Below, piece by piece: positions 39,095 through 52,253 of a DNA stretch of 64,000 bases. The translations under genes were made by a program, and so were the position numbers. The notes under the pieces are model-generated. The model saw nothing but the letters and a program-made list of their open reading frames with translations. It searched no databases and had not been told where the DNA came from. The DNA is from Octopus vulgaris (taxonomy: Eukaryota): assembly GCA_951406725.2 (NCBI GenBank), contig OX597835.1, positions 14,632,001 through 14,696,000 on the forward strand, given 5' to 3'. Within the stretch, counting starts at the first letter, position 1; every line of letters begins with the position of its first letter.

Positions 39095-40232
39095 TAATCT
39101 TTTCTATGCTAGACACAAGGCCCGAAATTTTGGGGTTGAGGGCCAGTCGATTAGATTGACCCCAGTACGCAACCGGTACTTAATTTATCGACCTCGAAAA
39201 GATGAAAGGCAATGTCGACCTCGGCGGAATTTGAACTTGGAACGTAGCGGCAGACGAAATACCTATTTCTTTATTACTCACAAGGGGCTAAACACAGAGG
39301 GGACAAACAAGGACAGACATAGGTATTAAGTCGATTACATCGACCCCAGTGCGTAACTGGTACTTAATTTATCGACCCAGAAAGGATGAAAGGCAAAGTC
39401 GACCTCGGCGGAATTTGAACTCAGAACGTACAGACAGACCAAATACCTATTTCTTTATTACCCACAAGGGGCTAAACATAGAGGGGACAAACAAGGACAG
39501 ACATAGGTATTAAGTCGATTACATTGACCCCAGTGCGTAACTGGTACTTAATTTATCGACCCCGAAAGGATGAAAGGCAAAGTCGACCTCGGCGGAATTT
39601 GAACTCAGAACGTACAGACAGACCAAATACCTATTTCTTTATTACCCACAAGGGGCTAAACATAGAGGGGACAAACAAGGACAGACATAGGTATTAAGTC
39701 GATTACATCGACCCCAGTGCGTAACTGGTACTTAATTTATCGACCCAGAAAGGATGAAAGGCAAAGTCGACCTCGGCGGAATTTGAACTCAGAACGTACA
39801 GACAGACCAAATGCCTATTTCTTTACTACCCACCAAGGGGCCAAACATAGAGGGGACAAACAAGGACAGACATAGGTATTAAGTCGATTACATTGACCCC
39901 AGTGCGTAACTGGTACTTAATTTATCGACCCCGAAAGGATGAAAGGCAAAGTCGACCTCGGCGGAATTTGAACTCAGAACGTAACAGACAGACCAAATAC
40001 CTATTTCTTTATTACCCACAAGGGGCTAAACATAGAGGGGACAAACAAGGACAGACATAGGTATTAAGTCGATTACATTGACCCCAGTGCGTAACTGGTA
40101 CTTAATTTATCGACCCCGAAAGGATGAAAGGCAAAGTCGACCTCGGCGGAATTTGAACTCAGAACGTAGCGGCAGACGAAATACGGCTACGCATTTCGCC
40201 CGGCGTGCTAACAATTCTGCCAGCTCACCGCC
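39095..40232 (-). repeat. SINE A concatemer: one head, five A1 units of 184-186 bp, one A2-tailed unit
   Basis: Unit boundaries (ctatttc) at 39263, 39447, 39631, 39815 and 40001. Confidence 0.95.
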
Positions 40233-40921
40233 TTTAATAATAACAACAACACATTTTTAATGCTATTATTCAATATACAGCTTAAAAAAAAAAAAAAAGA
40301 ATTAAAGAGATGCGTAAACCGCGTCATTTCTTTACTGCTGACTGATGTGTCAAATATTTCACCTAACTTAACAAATATCATTCTGCCATTTTATGACAGA
40401 GAGATAAAAGTTAAGAGAATAGAGACAGCTATGTTCATTGTTCGGTTATCAATGAAATGTCATCGGTCACCGAAGCCCTACGACAGAATTGTGAATGGAA
40501 TAGAAATAATTATAGCAAACAACGAACATTTTACTGCGTTTCATTGTATGATATTGTCAATAACAACGCGGGAACTTTAGCAATTAAGAGAAGTGGCCTT
40601 TCAAAAAACTATTTAAGCAGGACTGCTGTTAAAAATCTCATCGAATATACTTGTAGCGAAATTAATGCCAATGAGATTTACGTATCTACCACCTTGGAGC
40701 TCAACACTTCTTTAAATTGGAATGACTTCAAATCTTACATCAGCCTTAAATGTCCTCGATTTTTTCTTCGAATTCTGGCTTTGCCAAAGAGTTTATGTAT
40801 TCTTAAAGTCTTGGCGAAAATATTTCAAGTTTACAAAGTGAATACAACATTCATACATATATACATACATACATGTGTGTATTTGTGTGTGTGTGTGTGT
40901 GTATTATATATATATATATAT

Positions 40922-41145
40922 AGTCAGTCGCCACATGAAAGTGACTGTTGAATGATACTGCTAGTTTAACCCCAGGCAGATTCTACACCAGCTGGTTATC
41001 AGTGCAAGGGTTTCGCACCCCTTGTTAACAATATATTGTATTATATAAAGGGTGCAGAGTCACACCGATAACCAGCTGGTGGAGAATCTACCCAGGGTTA
41101 AACTAGTAGTAACATTCAACAGACGCTTTGATGTGGCGACTGGCT
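40922..41145. mobile_element. Foldback/MITE-like element with about 90-bp imperfect inverted arms
   Basis: agtcagtcgccacat...ctagtttaaccc...ccagctggttatc pairs with gataaccagctgg...gggttaaactag...atgtggcgactggct; related fragments at about 33350-33400 and 33860-33895. Confidence 0.75.
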
Positions 41146-41319
41146 TTGCTTTTTGGTACAGTTATTACTCTACTCTCTTCTCAAGATTTTACAACTAGCT
41201 AGTTTGCTTATATATATATATATATATCTTTTATTATCTTTTATTAGTCATTTGACTGAGGCCATGCTGGAGCATATATATATATATATAATGGTCATGA
41301 CATATTTTTCTTTATTATA

Positions 41320-41446
41320 TAAGGTTGTCCCAAAAGTTCGTAAAAACTTTGCGAAAATTTGAATTTTATGCAATTTTTAATTGTTTGTTTGAGTTTATAT
41401 TATAGTCAATTTTCGCAAGTGTTTACGAACTTTTGGGACAACCTAA
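41320..41446. mobile_element. Mariner-type MITE
   Basis: About 38-bp TIR aggttgtcccaaaagttcgtaaa...gcgaaaatt with TA flanks. Confidence 0.88.
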
Positions 41447-41619
41447 TATAATAAAAAGATTCGGAAAAAAATACCACGCAGGGAATTGTAAAAAGGATTC
41501 AGAAGAACACAGAAATATATGTTGGAAAAACCTATTTCATAAATGTATTTTTTCAACATAAAATTTGAGCATTTTCCTTCTAATTTTCCTTTTTACTTTA
41601 CATGTGAGTATAAATATGA

Positions 41620-43125
41620 ATTAGGTTGGAAATAAAGTCCTGTAGCATTTTTGACATGATCCATTTGAGGGTACCTTTTCAATATTTTCTTTATAACTAT
41701 TAATTTTTACATTCCAATGGGTGTTTTTCTTTCTTGGTAGCTGACTTTATGCCACTGGGGTTACATTAACATCGATTTTCCCCCTTTTAAAAGGAGTTTA
41801 CATCAGACCCATATCAGACACTGTATAGCGCATGACTTCAAAACGGTCTCTTCAGCTTTGGAAGCGGCAAGAAGTATTTGTTCTTCTATAGACGCATGGC
41901 TCTGTGGTTAGAGCGTCGAGCTCACTATCGTGAGATAGTGAGTTCGATTACCGGACCGGGCTGCGTTGTACTCTTGAGCAAGACACTTTATTTCACGTTG
42001 CTCCAGTTCACTCATTTGTGGAAATGAGTTGCGACGTCACAGGTGCCAATTATATTGGTCTTCGCTTTTACCTTGGATAACACCAGTGGCATGGAGAGGA
42101 GGGGAGGCTGTTATGCATGGGCGACTGCTGGTCTTCTATAAACAATCTTTCCTGAACATGTGCCTTGGAAGGCAACTTTCTAGGTGCAATCCCATGGTCA
42201 TTCATGACCGAAGGAGATCGTCGTCGTCTATAGAAATAAATCCTGTTTTCGAAACTTGGCGAGTTTCGTTTTGGAACTTACTCTCTTGCAGATTTCCTTC
42301 GATCTGACGACCAACTTCCATCAATATTAAGGTCCTAAAAATCGTAGTTAAGGAAAATCCGAAGCAAAGTGCTCGAGAATTAGCAAAACTGTTGAGTTCA
42401 AGTTACACTTTCATCATAAACACCTCTCATGACTTTGGAGCAGTGTTTAAACTTGGTTACTGGGCCACTTCATCATCTAACCGTTTCTCAACTTAATCAA
42501 AGTGTTGCCCTCGAGTCGACAACGAAGAACAGACTTGCTGCCGAGCCTTTCTTGGGTAGAATCATCACAAGTGATGAAAAAATAGATTATCTGTAATTAT
42601 ATCCAATGAAATCAACAATGGTTAGCACCAAGTGGAAAAGGAGTCCATCCCCAAACCAAGACTACACAAGAAAATAGTTATGATCTGTTTTGTGGGACAT
42701 GAAAGATAGTGTCTATCATGAAGTGTTAGTGTTAAACCAAAGAAATATTTTGTTAATGCGAAGTTCTGTCGCCAATTGGAAGCATTGCACAAACATTAAT
42801 CGGAAGAGCGCCCATCCTTCTTATTCCTCTGATTTTGCTCTATCTGGCTACCATCGTTTCGTATCATTGTAACGTTATTTAGGAAAAAAAAGTTCTGTTT
42901 TTAATTGTGGAGAGGTTAACAATAATGTGTAGGAGTGGGGGTGTCCTTTTTCTTGCTTCGATGTCTGAAGAATTTTACGCCAGAGAAATCAAGAATTTAT
43001 CAAATACACGGGATTATGTTAGTAATGAAGGGAAATATTATCTTGATTAAATACATCAATTAAGACGAAAAAAGCATTTGTTTGTCATCCATCTTGAGAT
43101 GCGGCAAGAATTTTTTGATAAATAT
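41620..43125 (+). mobile_element. Decayed mariner transposon (transposase pseudogene) interrupted by SINE D
   Basis: HIRHCIAHDF..EAARSIC; KENPKQSARELAK; FLGRIITSDEK; WDMKDSVYHEVL; HPSYSSDFALSGYHRFVSL (compare HPPYSPDLAPSDYHLF); left end ttaggttgg. Confidence 0.88.
41891..42216 (+). mobile_element. SINE D nested in the mariner
   Basis: D consensus; tctatag repeated at both flanks. Confidence 0.88.
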
Positions 43126-43239
43126 ACAAATGTTTGTGTAGGTATGTTTATATGTATACATATGTATAAGTATGCAGGAGTGTATATATTGGAACAAATA
43201 TATGTATATATATATATATATATATATGTATGTTATGTA

Positions 43240-43835
43240 TGTATGTATTCATGCATATATGTGAGTATATATATATGTATGTATGTATTCATGCATATAT
43301 GTGAGTATATATATATGTATGTATGTATTCATGCATATATGTGAGTATATATATATGTATGTATGTATTCATGCATATATGTGAGTATATATATATATAT
43401 GTATGTATTCATGCATATATGTGAGTATATATATATGTATGTATGTATTCATGCATATATGTGAGTATATATATATGTATGTATGTATTCATGCATATAT
43501 GTGAATATATATATATATGTATGTATGTATTCATGCATATATGTGAATATATATATATATGTATGTATGTATTCATGCATATATGTGAGTATATATATAT
43601 GTATGTATGTATTCATGCATATATGTGAGTATATATATATGTATGTATGTATTCATGCATATATGTGAGTATATATATATATGTATGTATGTATTCATGC
43701 ATATATGTGAGTATATATATGTATGTATGTATGTATTCATGCATATATGTGAGTATATATATATGTATGTATGTATTCATGCATATATGTGAGTATATAT
43801 ATGTATGTATGTATTCATGCATATATGTGAGTATA
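43240..43835. repeat. About 40-bp minisatellite (gtatgtattcatgcatatatgtgagtatatatatatgtat)n
   Basis: About 14 copies. Confidence 0.95.
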
Positions 43836-44834
43836 TATATTTGTATTATGTATACACACACACACATACGGGTATAGGCTTCCTATGTGGATATAAAGTG
43901 TGTATTAGCCTTCAGTGGATTTGGTTTAATTGAATAAAAATCCATATATCTCCTAAGCTGATGGCAACAGCAAACAGAAGACACTAAAGTAAACTACGTC
44001 TTGAACATCATTATTATTATTATTGTTATTATTATTATTATTGCTGAAAACAAACAACTACGTGAAATGCTTTTTGTTTTATGCAAGTAAGTCACATTAT
44101 AAAACTCAGCTATCTGCTACTTGATGGGAATTACGAAAAACAGCTGCCAGTAAGGAAAATAAAATCGGAGAAAATTTTTTTTGTGTGTGTGTGTGTTTTT
44201 ATAATAGATTGAGAAAAAAAAACCAGAAAAGAAATTAAATACGATGATGATGATGATGATGAAGACGACGACGATGATGATGATGATGATAGGAAAAAAA
44301 CGAATCTCAAATGAAAATTGGTCAGCCATGCGTAAGAAAGATTTTTCTCAACGGACATAAAAAAACTAGTCATAGATCTAATCTTGTTCTTCATAATCCA
44401 TCTGAAGAATTTTCTGAAAGCCATCGAACGGATACACACAAGCATAAAGTTATTATTACACACACACACACACACACATATATGCGTAGAAAAATATTCA
44501 AAGATTCCTATAAGTAAATAACGAAAGGATAAATTGTATAAATAAAAACAACAAACTAAACAAGATATTGTGAAGCCTATGAAAAAAACTTCTCCGAAAC
44601 ATGCGTATGAACATCAAAACATGCATATAAACTTATTCGGGAAGATAATACACGTTGCATATAATTAAAAGTGTGTATATGCACACACACATACGCACAC
44701 ACACACACACACACATATATACACGTACACATATACACGTGCGCATAAATATATATCTATATACATAGGTATATAGATATATGTGTGTGTATATGTATAA
44801 ATACACACACAGTTTATGTTCTTTAACTGCTTAT

Positions 44835-45592
44835 ATATGTATATGTATATGTATATAAGTATGTGTATATGTATATGTGTATATGTATATATGTATATGT
44901 ATATAAGTATGTGTATATGTATATGTATATAAGTATGTGTGTATGTATATATGTATATAAGTATGTATATATGTATATGTGTATGTATATATGTATATAA
45001 GTATGTATATATGTATATAAGTATGTATATATGTATATAAGTATGTGTATATGTATATAAGTATGTGTATATGTGTATATGTATATGTATATAAATATGT
45101 GTATATGTATATAAGTATGTGTATATGTATATGTATATAAGTATGTGTGTATGTATATATGTATATAAGTATGTATATATGTATATAAGTATGTATATAA
45201 GTATGTGTATATGTATATAAGTATGTGTATATGTATATATGTATATGTATATAAGTATGTGTATATGTATATAAGTACGTGTATATGTATATAAGTACGT
45301 GTATATGTATATAAGTACGTGTATATGTATATAAGTATGTGTATATGTATATAAGTATGTGTATATGTATATATGTATATGTATATAAGTATGTGTATAT
45401 GTATATAAGTATGTGTATATGTATATATGTATATAAGTATGTGTATATGTATATATGTATATAAGTATGTGTATATGTGTATATGTATATAAGTATGTGT
45501 ATTTAAGTATATATGTATATGTATTTATGTATATAAGTATATGTATATAAGTATATGTGTATAAGTATATGTGTATAAGTATATGTGTATGA

Positions 45593-45630
<38 letters not shown>
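44835..45630. repeat. About 20-bp degenerate minisatellite (gtatataagtatgtgtatat)n
   Basis: Direct reading. Confidence 0.93.
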
Positions 45631-45638
<8 letters not shown>

Positions 45639-45860
45639 CTGTTGTGCATAATTGTGTTTGTGTATAGACATATGTAGCGTGGTGTGTGCGAGTAGAATGT
45701 TATATAACTTTCTGTGTGTATATACATATATGCTATTAAAACTATACATACACGTTATTTAACTGTATATTTATGTGTATACATACTTTCTTACTACACA
45801 CGCGCACACATTTTTGTGTGTATCAATACATGTGCAAGTCTGTATACTGTACACACACAC

Positions 45861-45912
<52 letters not shown>

Positions 45913-46329
45913 ATGTGCGAGTGCGTGTAAAATGTAAAGCTATCTGTCTTTATATAGTTAAACATTTCAGAATATATATATATATATTTAATAGTTTAGA
46001 AATGTAGCTGGAAAGATAACCCAGCAAATTGTATGGTTGCGAATGTGTATCTGTGTAAATATTTAAATAATATTAATATATGCATTCTGGTATAGTAAGC
46101 GTGAAAGTGTATGCATTCTGCTATGTTAATCGTTCATGAACGTGCAGGCGTGCGTGGGTGTTTGCATGCGTGTACCTGCACGCCTTGCATACATTCGTTC
46201 TTGCAGAAAACACCACGGCATTTGCTTCTGTGTTTATCTAAATTGTGACACGGCCATTGTTTGTTTCTCTCTATCGACGCCATTTTCAATTTTGATGGTT
46301 ATGTTGTCGACGTCGTGTCAAACACTTAC

Positions 46330-46557
46330 CTGTTTCTTTACTACCCACAAGGGGCTAAACATAGAGGGGACAGACAAGGACAGACATAGGTATTAAGTCG
46401 ATTACATCGACCCCCAGTGCGTAACTGGCACTTAATTTATCGACCGCGAAAGGATGAAAGGCAAAGTCGACCTCGGCGGAATTTGAACTCAGAACGTAAC
46501 GTCAGACGAAATATGGCTACGCATTTCGCCTGGCGTGCTAACGTTTCTACCAGCTCG
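46330..46557 (-). mobile_element. SINE A1 with TSD
   Basis: TSD tcgtgtcaaacacttacc. Confidence 0.92.
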
Positions 46558-46752
46558 TCGTGTCAAACACTTACCTCAAGATGACAGTTGCAGTACTGGG
46601 CCTTATTCACAAATTCTGTTCTCTATTGTAGTTTATGATTGTTTAAAAGCCGCGATGGCATTGAAATGGGACTGTTATAGATTCGTCTATGCTGCATCAC
46701 TCTCATTTGTGGATTAATATTTTGTTTCTTTGTAGCATATCACCTCGCAAAG

Positions 46753-47467
46753 TGGAGGCGCAATGGCCCAGTGGTTAGGGTAGCGGACTCGCGGTTTCGA
46801 TTCCCAGACCAGGCGTTGTGAGTGTTTATTGAGCGAAAACACCTAAAAGCTCCACGAGGCTCTGGCAGGGGATGGTGGTGATCCCTGCTGTACTCTTTCA
46901 CCACAACTTTCTCTCACTCTTACTTCCTGTTTCTGTTGTACCTGTATTTCAAAGGGCCGGCCTTGTCACTTACTGTGTCACGCTGAATATCCCCGAGAAC
47001 TACGTTAAGGGTACACGTGTCTGTGGAGTGCTCAGCCACTTACATGTTAATTTCACGAGCAGGCTGTTCCGTTGATCGGATCAACCGGAACCCTCATCGT
47101 CGTAACCGACGGAGTGCTTCCATCACCATTTGCGTTTGGCTGTGTCAGAATTAGCCCTAATTATATTCGCCTTGGTTTTGCGCTCATTTTCCAATTATGC
47201 CGATTCCGATGTCAAAATGCCAACCCAACTTGTTATGGTTCAAATTACAGATATTTATCAAATATTGATTAATGATTTTAGAAAAGGAACAATTTACAAC
47301 TAATTATTTAGAAATTTTTAAAATTAAGGCATTAATAAGACAAACGATTAAAAGACACAGAAGAAAAAAAATCAGCCACTTGCATGTTAATTTCACGAGC
47401 AGGCTGTTCCGTTGATCGGATCAACCTGAACCCTCGTCGTCGTAACCGACGGAGTGCTTCCATCCAT
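46753..47467 (+). mobile_element. Composite of SINE C1, about 240 bp of unrelated DNA and a second C1 3' end, all within one TSD
   Basis: acctcgcaaa at 46742-46751 and 47469-47478. Confidence 0.8.
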
Positions 47468-47553
47468 TACCTCGCAAAATAACTGTAACTGCCGTAAAGC
47501 AGTCTGGGGACATTAGAAGCATTGCCTTTATGTGGTTTTACGTTAAAATACAT

Positions 47554-47724
47554 AGGCGCAGGAGTGGCTGTGTGGTAAGTAGCTTGCTAACCAACCACAT
47601 GGTTCCGGGTTCAGTCCCACTGCGTGGCATCTTGGGCAAGTGTCTTCTGCTATAGCCTCGGGCCGACCAATGCCTTGTGAGTGGATTGGTAGACGGAAAC
47701 TGAAAGAAGCCTGTCGTATATATG

Positions 47725-47755
<31 letters not shown>

Positions 47756-47980
47756 ATATGTTTGTGTGTCTGTGTTTGTTCCCCTAGCATTGCTTGACAA
47801 CCGATGCTGGTGTGTTTACGTCCCCGTAACTTAGCGGTTCGGCAAAAGACACCGATAGAATAAGTACTGGGTTTACAAAAGAATAAGTCCCGGGGTCGAT
47901 TTGCTCGACTATAAATGCGGTACTCCAGCATGGCTGCAGTCAAATGACTGAAACAAGTAAAAGAGTAAAGAGTAAAAAGA
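47554..47980 (+). mobile_element. SINE B, full length
   Basis: B consensus. Confidence 0.92.
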
Positions 47981-48061
47981 GCTACTCTTTACGGCAAAAG
48001 TAATGTTGAGCTCACCTTCCTCTGGACATTCAGTATAGTTTCTTTTCATTCGTATTGTTTT

Positions 48062-48284
48062 CTAATAGACATGACTGTGAGGTAAGAGGCTTGCTTCCCA
48101 ACCACATGCATTCGGATGCAGTCTCTCTGCGTGACATCTTGAGCATTTATTTATTCTTTTGTAAGCCCAGTACTTATTCTATCGGTCTCTTTTGCCGAAC
48201 CGCTAAGTAACGGGGACATAAACACACCAGCATCGGTTCTCAAGCAATGCTAGGGGGACAAACACAGACACACAAACACACACA

Positions 48285-48333
<49 letters not shown>

Positions 48334-48815
48334 GACGGGCTTCTTTCAGTTTCCGTCTACCAAATCCACTCACAAGGCTTTGGTCAGCCCGAGGCTATAG
48401 TAGAAGACACTTGCCCAAGGTGCCATGCAGTGGGGCTGAACCCGGGACCATGGGGTTGGTAAACAAGCTACTTACCACACAGCCACTCATATATATGTAT
48501 GTATCTTATACTATACCTTCGGGCCGATCAAGACCTTGTGAATGTTAGACAGAAACTGAAAGAAGTCCTTCCTGTGTGTGTGTGTGAGTGTGTGTAGGTA
48601 GGTAGATGTTTATGTCTGTCCCCTCCGCTCGACAACCAGTGTTGGTCTGTTTACATTCCTGTAACTTAGCAGTTCAACAAAAGACAACGATAGAATAGGT
48701 ACCATTTAAAAATTTTTATTTAAGAAAATAAGTTCTGTGATCGACTGTCCAACTAAAACCCATTCATGTGGTGCCCCAGCTTGGCCGCAGTATAATGGCT
48801 GAAACAAGTAAAAGG
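48062..48815 (+). mobile_element. Old SINE B interrupted by an inverted younger SINE B (about 48150-48490)
   Basis: Head at about 48070 and remainder at 48500-48815; the insert is reverse B consensus. Confidence 0.8.
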
Positions 48816-49274
48816 GGATGTCAGTCGTAGACTGCGACCAGGCTGGGACACGGGGACCTTACGATTTGACCATTGATCTTTTAATTCGGTGTGCAAGAGA
48901 AAGTTCGATTTCGCGGGTCTTTGGCAAATATTCAAACATTTCTTAATGATGAGCCACCTAGTTCTGACACTGGTCTTAAATTTTAAATCTGGAACACCTT
49001 TAAGGTGAGAATGAAGCCGACTGTTTAGAATTTCTCACTCTTCGAAATTTCATTCTCTCGTTTGAGTCAGATTGATCAAAACTGCGCCAATCTATTTCTC
49101 CCTGTTAAACCCAGCTTGCCTTTCTTCTGTTCAGTGAAGAGCAATTTCCGAAATCGGAAATTTACGAGTTTTGTGCTGCAGATGAGAAACTCAAAGATTT
49201 TATGGTGTGAAAATGAGAAAGGCTTATTTAGATATCATGCAACAGAACTATATTAGCATCATTATTGTTATTTA

Positions 49275-49320
<46 letters not shown>

Positions 49321-49964
49321 GAAGATTAGATTGAATGTGTCGGAGGAAGGTGATGTATTTACTTGAATCATCGTTTAAGGATGTGGGAGGCTGTCGGTCC
49401 GATTTGTAATACAGTGCGCTTAAAGAGTAAGGTTCGTTCGTTTTAACGTCCATTTTCCCGTACTTGCATGGGTCGGGCTGAATGGTTTTGAGACGAATTT
49501 TCTACGTCCAGATGAACCGCATATCATCAGGTACGTGTCATGAGAGATTTAGTGTCTTATACTACACTACTTCATTGTGAATGTACTCTGAGTAAACCTT
49601 TAAATTTGCCATAAAGATACTTTGATTCTATCGCAGCTTTGTGTTCCTGAAGTCCGTTTAGAGTATCAGACATGGAAGTAATTTTCATTCTAAATTTTGT
49701 TAATTCTTATGTTTATTAGAAGCAGTTGTTTAGTAGAATCTGAGGGTGGCTGGGTCCAGATAAGATTTGCAATAAACTGGTTTTACTTCTTTACAAAGTA
49801 TTTTAACAATTTTTTAATGCAATTCCTAATATTTAGATATTAAAAAAAGAGACATTTTGAAGCATTAGATATTTATTAGGGACCAGTAGAGTAAAATAAG
49901 AATGGAAGGGGTCCACAGGCAAAAATATGGTTGGGAACCATTGTCGAACAAATGGATCCCAGTC

Positions 49965-50232
49965 ATTGCTGAGCCACAAAGTTATGGGGACAGAAACGAA
50001 CCAACACCGGTTGTCAGGTGGTGGATGGAACAAATGCGGATACACGCGCACACACACACACAGTCATTCGAAAGAGACTTCTATAAAGTTTGCATCTATC
50101 AAATACATTCACAAGGTATTGGTCGGGCCCGGAGCTGTGTTGTAAGTCACTTATCCAAAATGCTGCGTAATGGGATCGAACTCGAAAGCGCATGGTTGCA
50201 AACCAAGCTTCTTAACCATACAGCCGTGCCTA
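49965..50232 (-). mobile_element. Degenerate SINE B
   Basis: gcatggttgcaaaccaagcttcttaaccatacagccgtgcc. Confidence 0.7.
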
Positions 50233-51094
50233 TATTGTATATAAGAAATAAGCCTGAATTTCTTTATAGACATACTACAAACACGAACACACTCTTACGC
50301 ACAGATATACATATGCACATACACAGACGCACGCGCGCATTTAAGTCATTTTTAGATATATTATAATACATATAAAAAAAATGCCTTTCCCTTTATTATA
50401 AATAAGTAAAAACAAAACACCTGTAATACACACACACACACACACACATACACATATATATATATAAATACATGCATATACTTACACACAAGGTATGTGT
50501 GTTTGTGTGTAGGTACGTATGTCTGCCGTTTCTGTTTGTATATATAACATCAGATATTATTCCAAGTGGAATCTTCTCTCTCCTCTAAGAGTTTCTTTAT
50601 CTATTCATGTTCAACGAAGCGTGTAAGAATTATATTAAAAAGTTGCTGGTTTTGTTTTAATAACGAATAATTGACGACGCACCTACATACACTTGATTCC
50701 ACGCGTATCTACATTATGTCTGTATGTATACATACACAGATATGAATGTGTCTATCTATATATCTTATCTAAATGTGCTTCACCTCTGTGTTTACACTTT
50801 CCGATACTCGTATGTATGAAAACAAGTCTCACATAAAGCGCTTGGTGTGTGTATGTGTACGTATGTATACGTGAATGTATAAGTATATATATATTATGTG
50901 TATGCATATCTATATATGTACAGGTGTATGCATACGTATGTAAGTGCATATGTCTCTATACACACGTACACAGAAAGAGACGACAGAGGTATGTATATAT
51001 GCATATGTGCATGGTTGTGTAGGCCTGTGTATAAGCCTGTGTCTGTGTGTGCGCTTGTGAACATCTGTAATTTAAGTGTGTGTATATGTGTATA

Positions 51095-51136
<42 letters not shown>

Positions 51137-51267
51137 GCATTTAAATCCAAGTTTATGATGTGCAACTGCTTTGTTATCTCTTTATAATTCAATCTTGGAT
51201 CATGAGTTGCGGTCTCAACCATCACAGCTGTGATAAACACATACAGCGTAAAGTGCATAAAACAATG

Positions 51268-51318
<51 letters not shown>

Positions 51319-51349
51319 GTGTTGGTGTTATATATACAGTCCAGTCATT

Positions 51350-51559
51350 GGTCAGCTAGCCGAAACTTTGAAGTGGCTGTCAATATTTTTGTTGAATAAT
51401 AATAAATTTGTACTCTACCAAATGTATCGAATAAACCTCGATTTAATTGGCTTTCATCTTTTCGGAGATGATAAAACGAGTACCAGTCGAACACTGAGGA
51501 GTGAAGTAATCGATTTATCCCCTTCTCTGAAATTATTGATCTTGAGCCAAAAATTTAAA

Positions 51560-51560
<1 letters not shown>
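51350..51560 (+). mobile_element. Degenerate SINE A2
   Basis: ggctttcatcttttcggagatgataaaacgagtaccagt. Confidence 0.55.
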
Positions 51561-51602
<42 letters not shown>

Positions 51603-51619
51603 ATAATAATAATGATAAC

Positions 51620-51820
51620 CAAAAAACGAAGAACACAAGGAAAAAAAACAACGCAGGCACATGATACATGCAAAATATTAGCAGACACTCAGCAAAAGAA
51701 AGAAAGGTGGTTTTACGTTTCGAGCAAAGCTCTTCTTCAAAACTTCAAAAACAGGAGATACAAGAAAGTCCAAGAGAAAAGGAAGGCGGATGAAAAAATC
51801 GTCAACTATTCACATGTAGT
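51620..51820 (-). mobile_element. Short (TA)n-flanked Penelope-pLTR-like element
   Basis: Homologous to 8890-9090. Confidence 0.65.
51710..51743 (-). ncRNA. Minimal type-I hammerhead ribozyme motif
   Basis: Minus strand reads gtt-TTGAAGA-a-gagc(ttt)gctc-GAAAC-GTA-aaac (C3U variant). Confidence 0.6.
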
Positions 51821-52172
51821 TATATATATATATATATATAAATTTATATATAGAGGGCATTATATACATGCCAGAAGGCATTATACATACATGCCAAACG
51901 CTAAGAGGGACAATTAGTCATTTCTACCAAAAATATTACTGACAATTTCTTGTTAAGTTTTCCTTATTAAGTAGTTGTCCTTAATTGCTAAATCTATATA
52001 TATATATATATATATATATTAGTTGAGAGTTAGTTCCTCTTATGCATGGCGATACTAGTAGCCTGGCGTTAGAACTCGATATGCACACGCTTCAGAAGAA
52101 AATGTCAGTCAAGAAATAGAGCAATAATGAGAAATTAGAATAACAAATGAATAAATAATTATGAACTTCATT

Positions 52173-52253
52173 AGCTTAAGGTTGTTTCTGCTATTAGGTG
52201 CAATGCACTCAAAGTTGAATTCTTGAGTATCACCCTATAGCTTCATCGGAGCT
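52173..52253 (-). ncRNA. Degenerate type-I hammerhead with long stem II
   Basis: agct-CCGATGA-a[gctatagggtg..actcaag/ctttgagt..cacctaatagc]a-GAAAC-aacc-TTA-agct; the surrounding 52030-52200 is homologous (reverse) to 55885-56040. Confidence 0.5.

Noticed and set aside
39263-40184. CRISPR-like regular array
   Set aside because: The units are entire near-identical SINE bodies with no unique spacers; there are no cas genes and the context is eukaryotic.
40457-40951. 164-aa ORF
   Set aside because: No recognisable motif, and it ends in a microsatellite.
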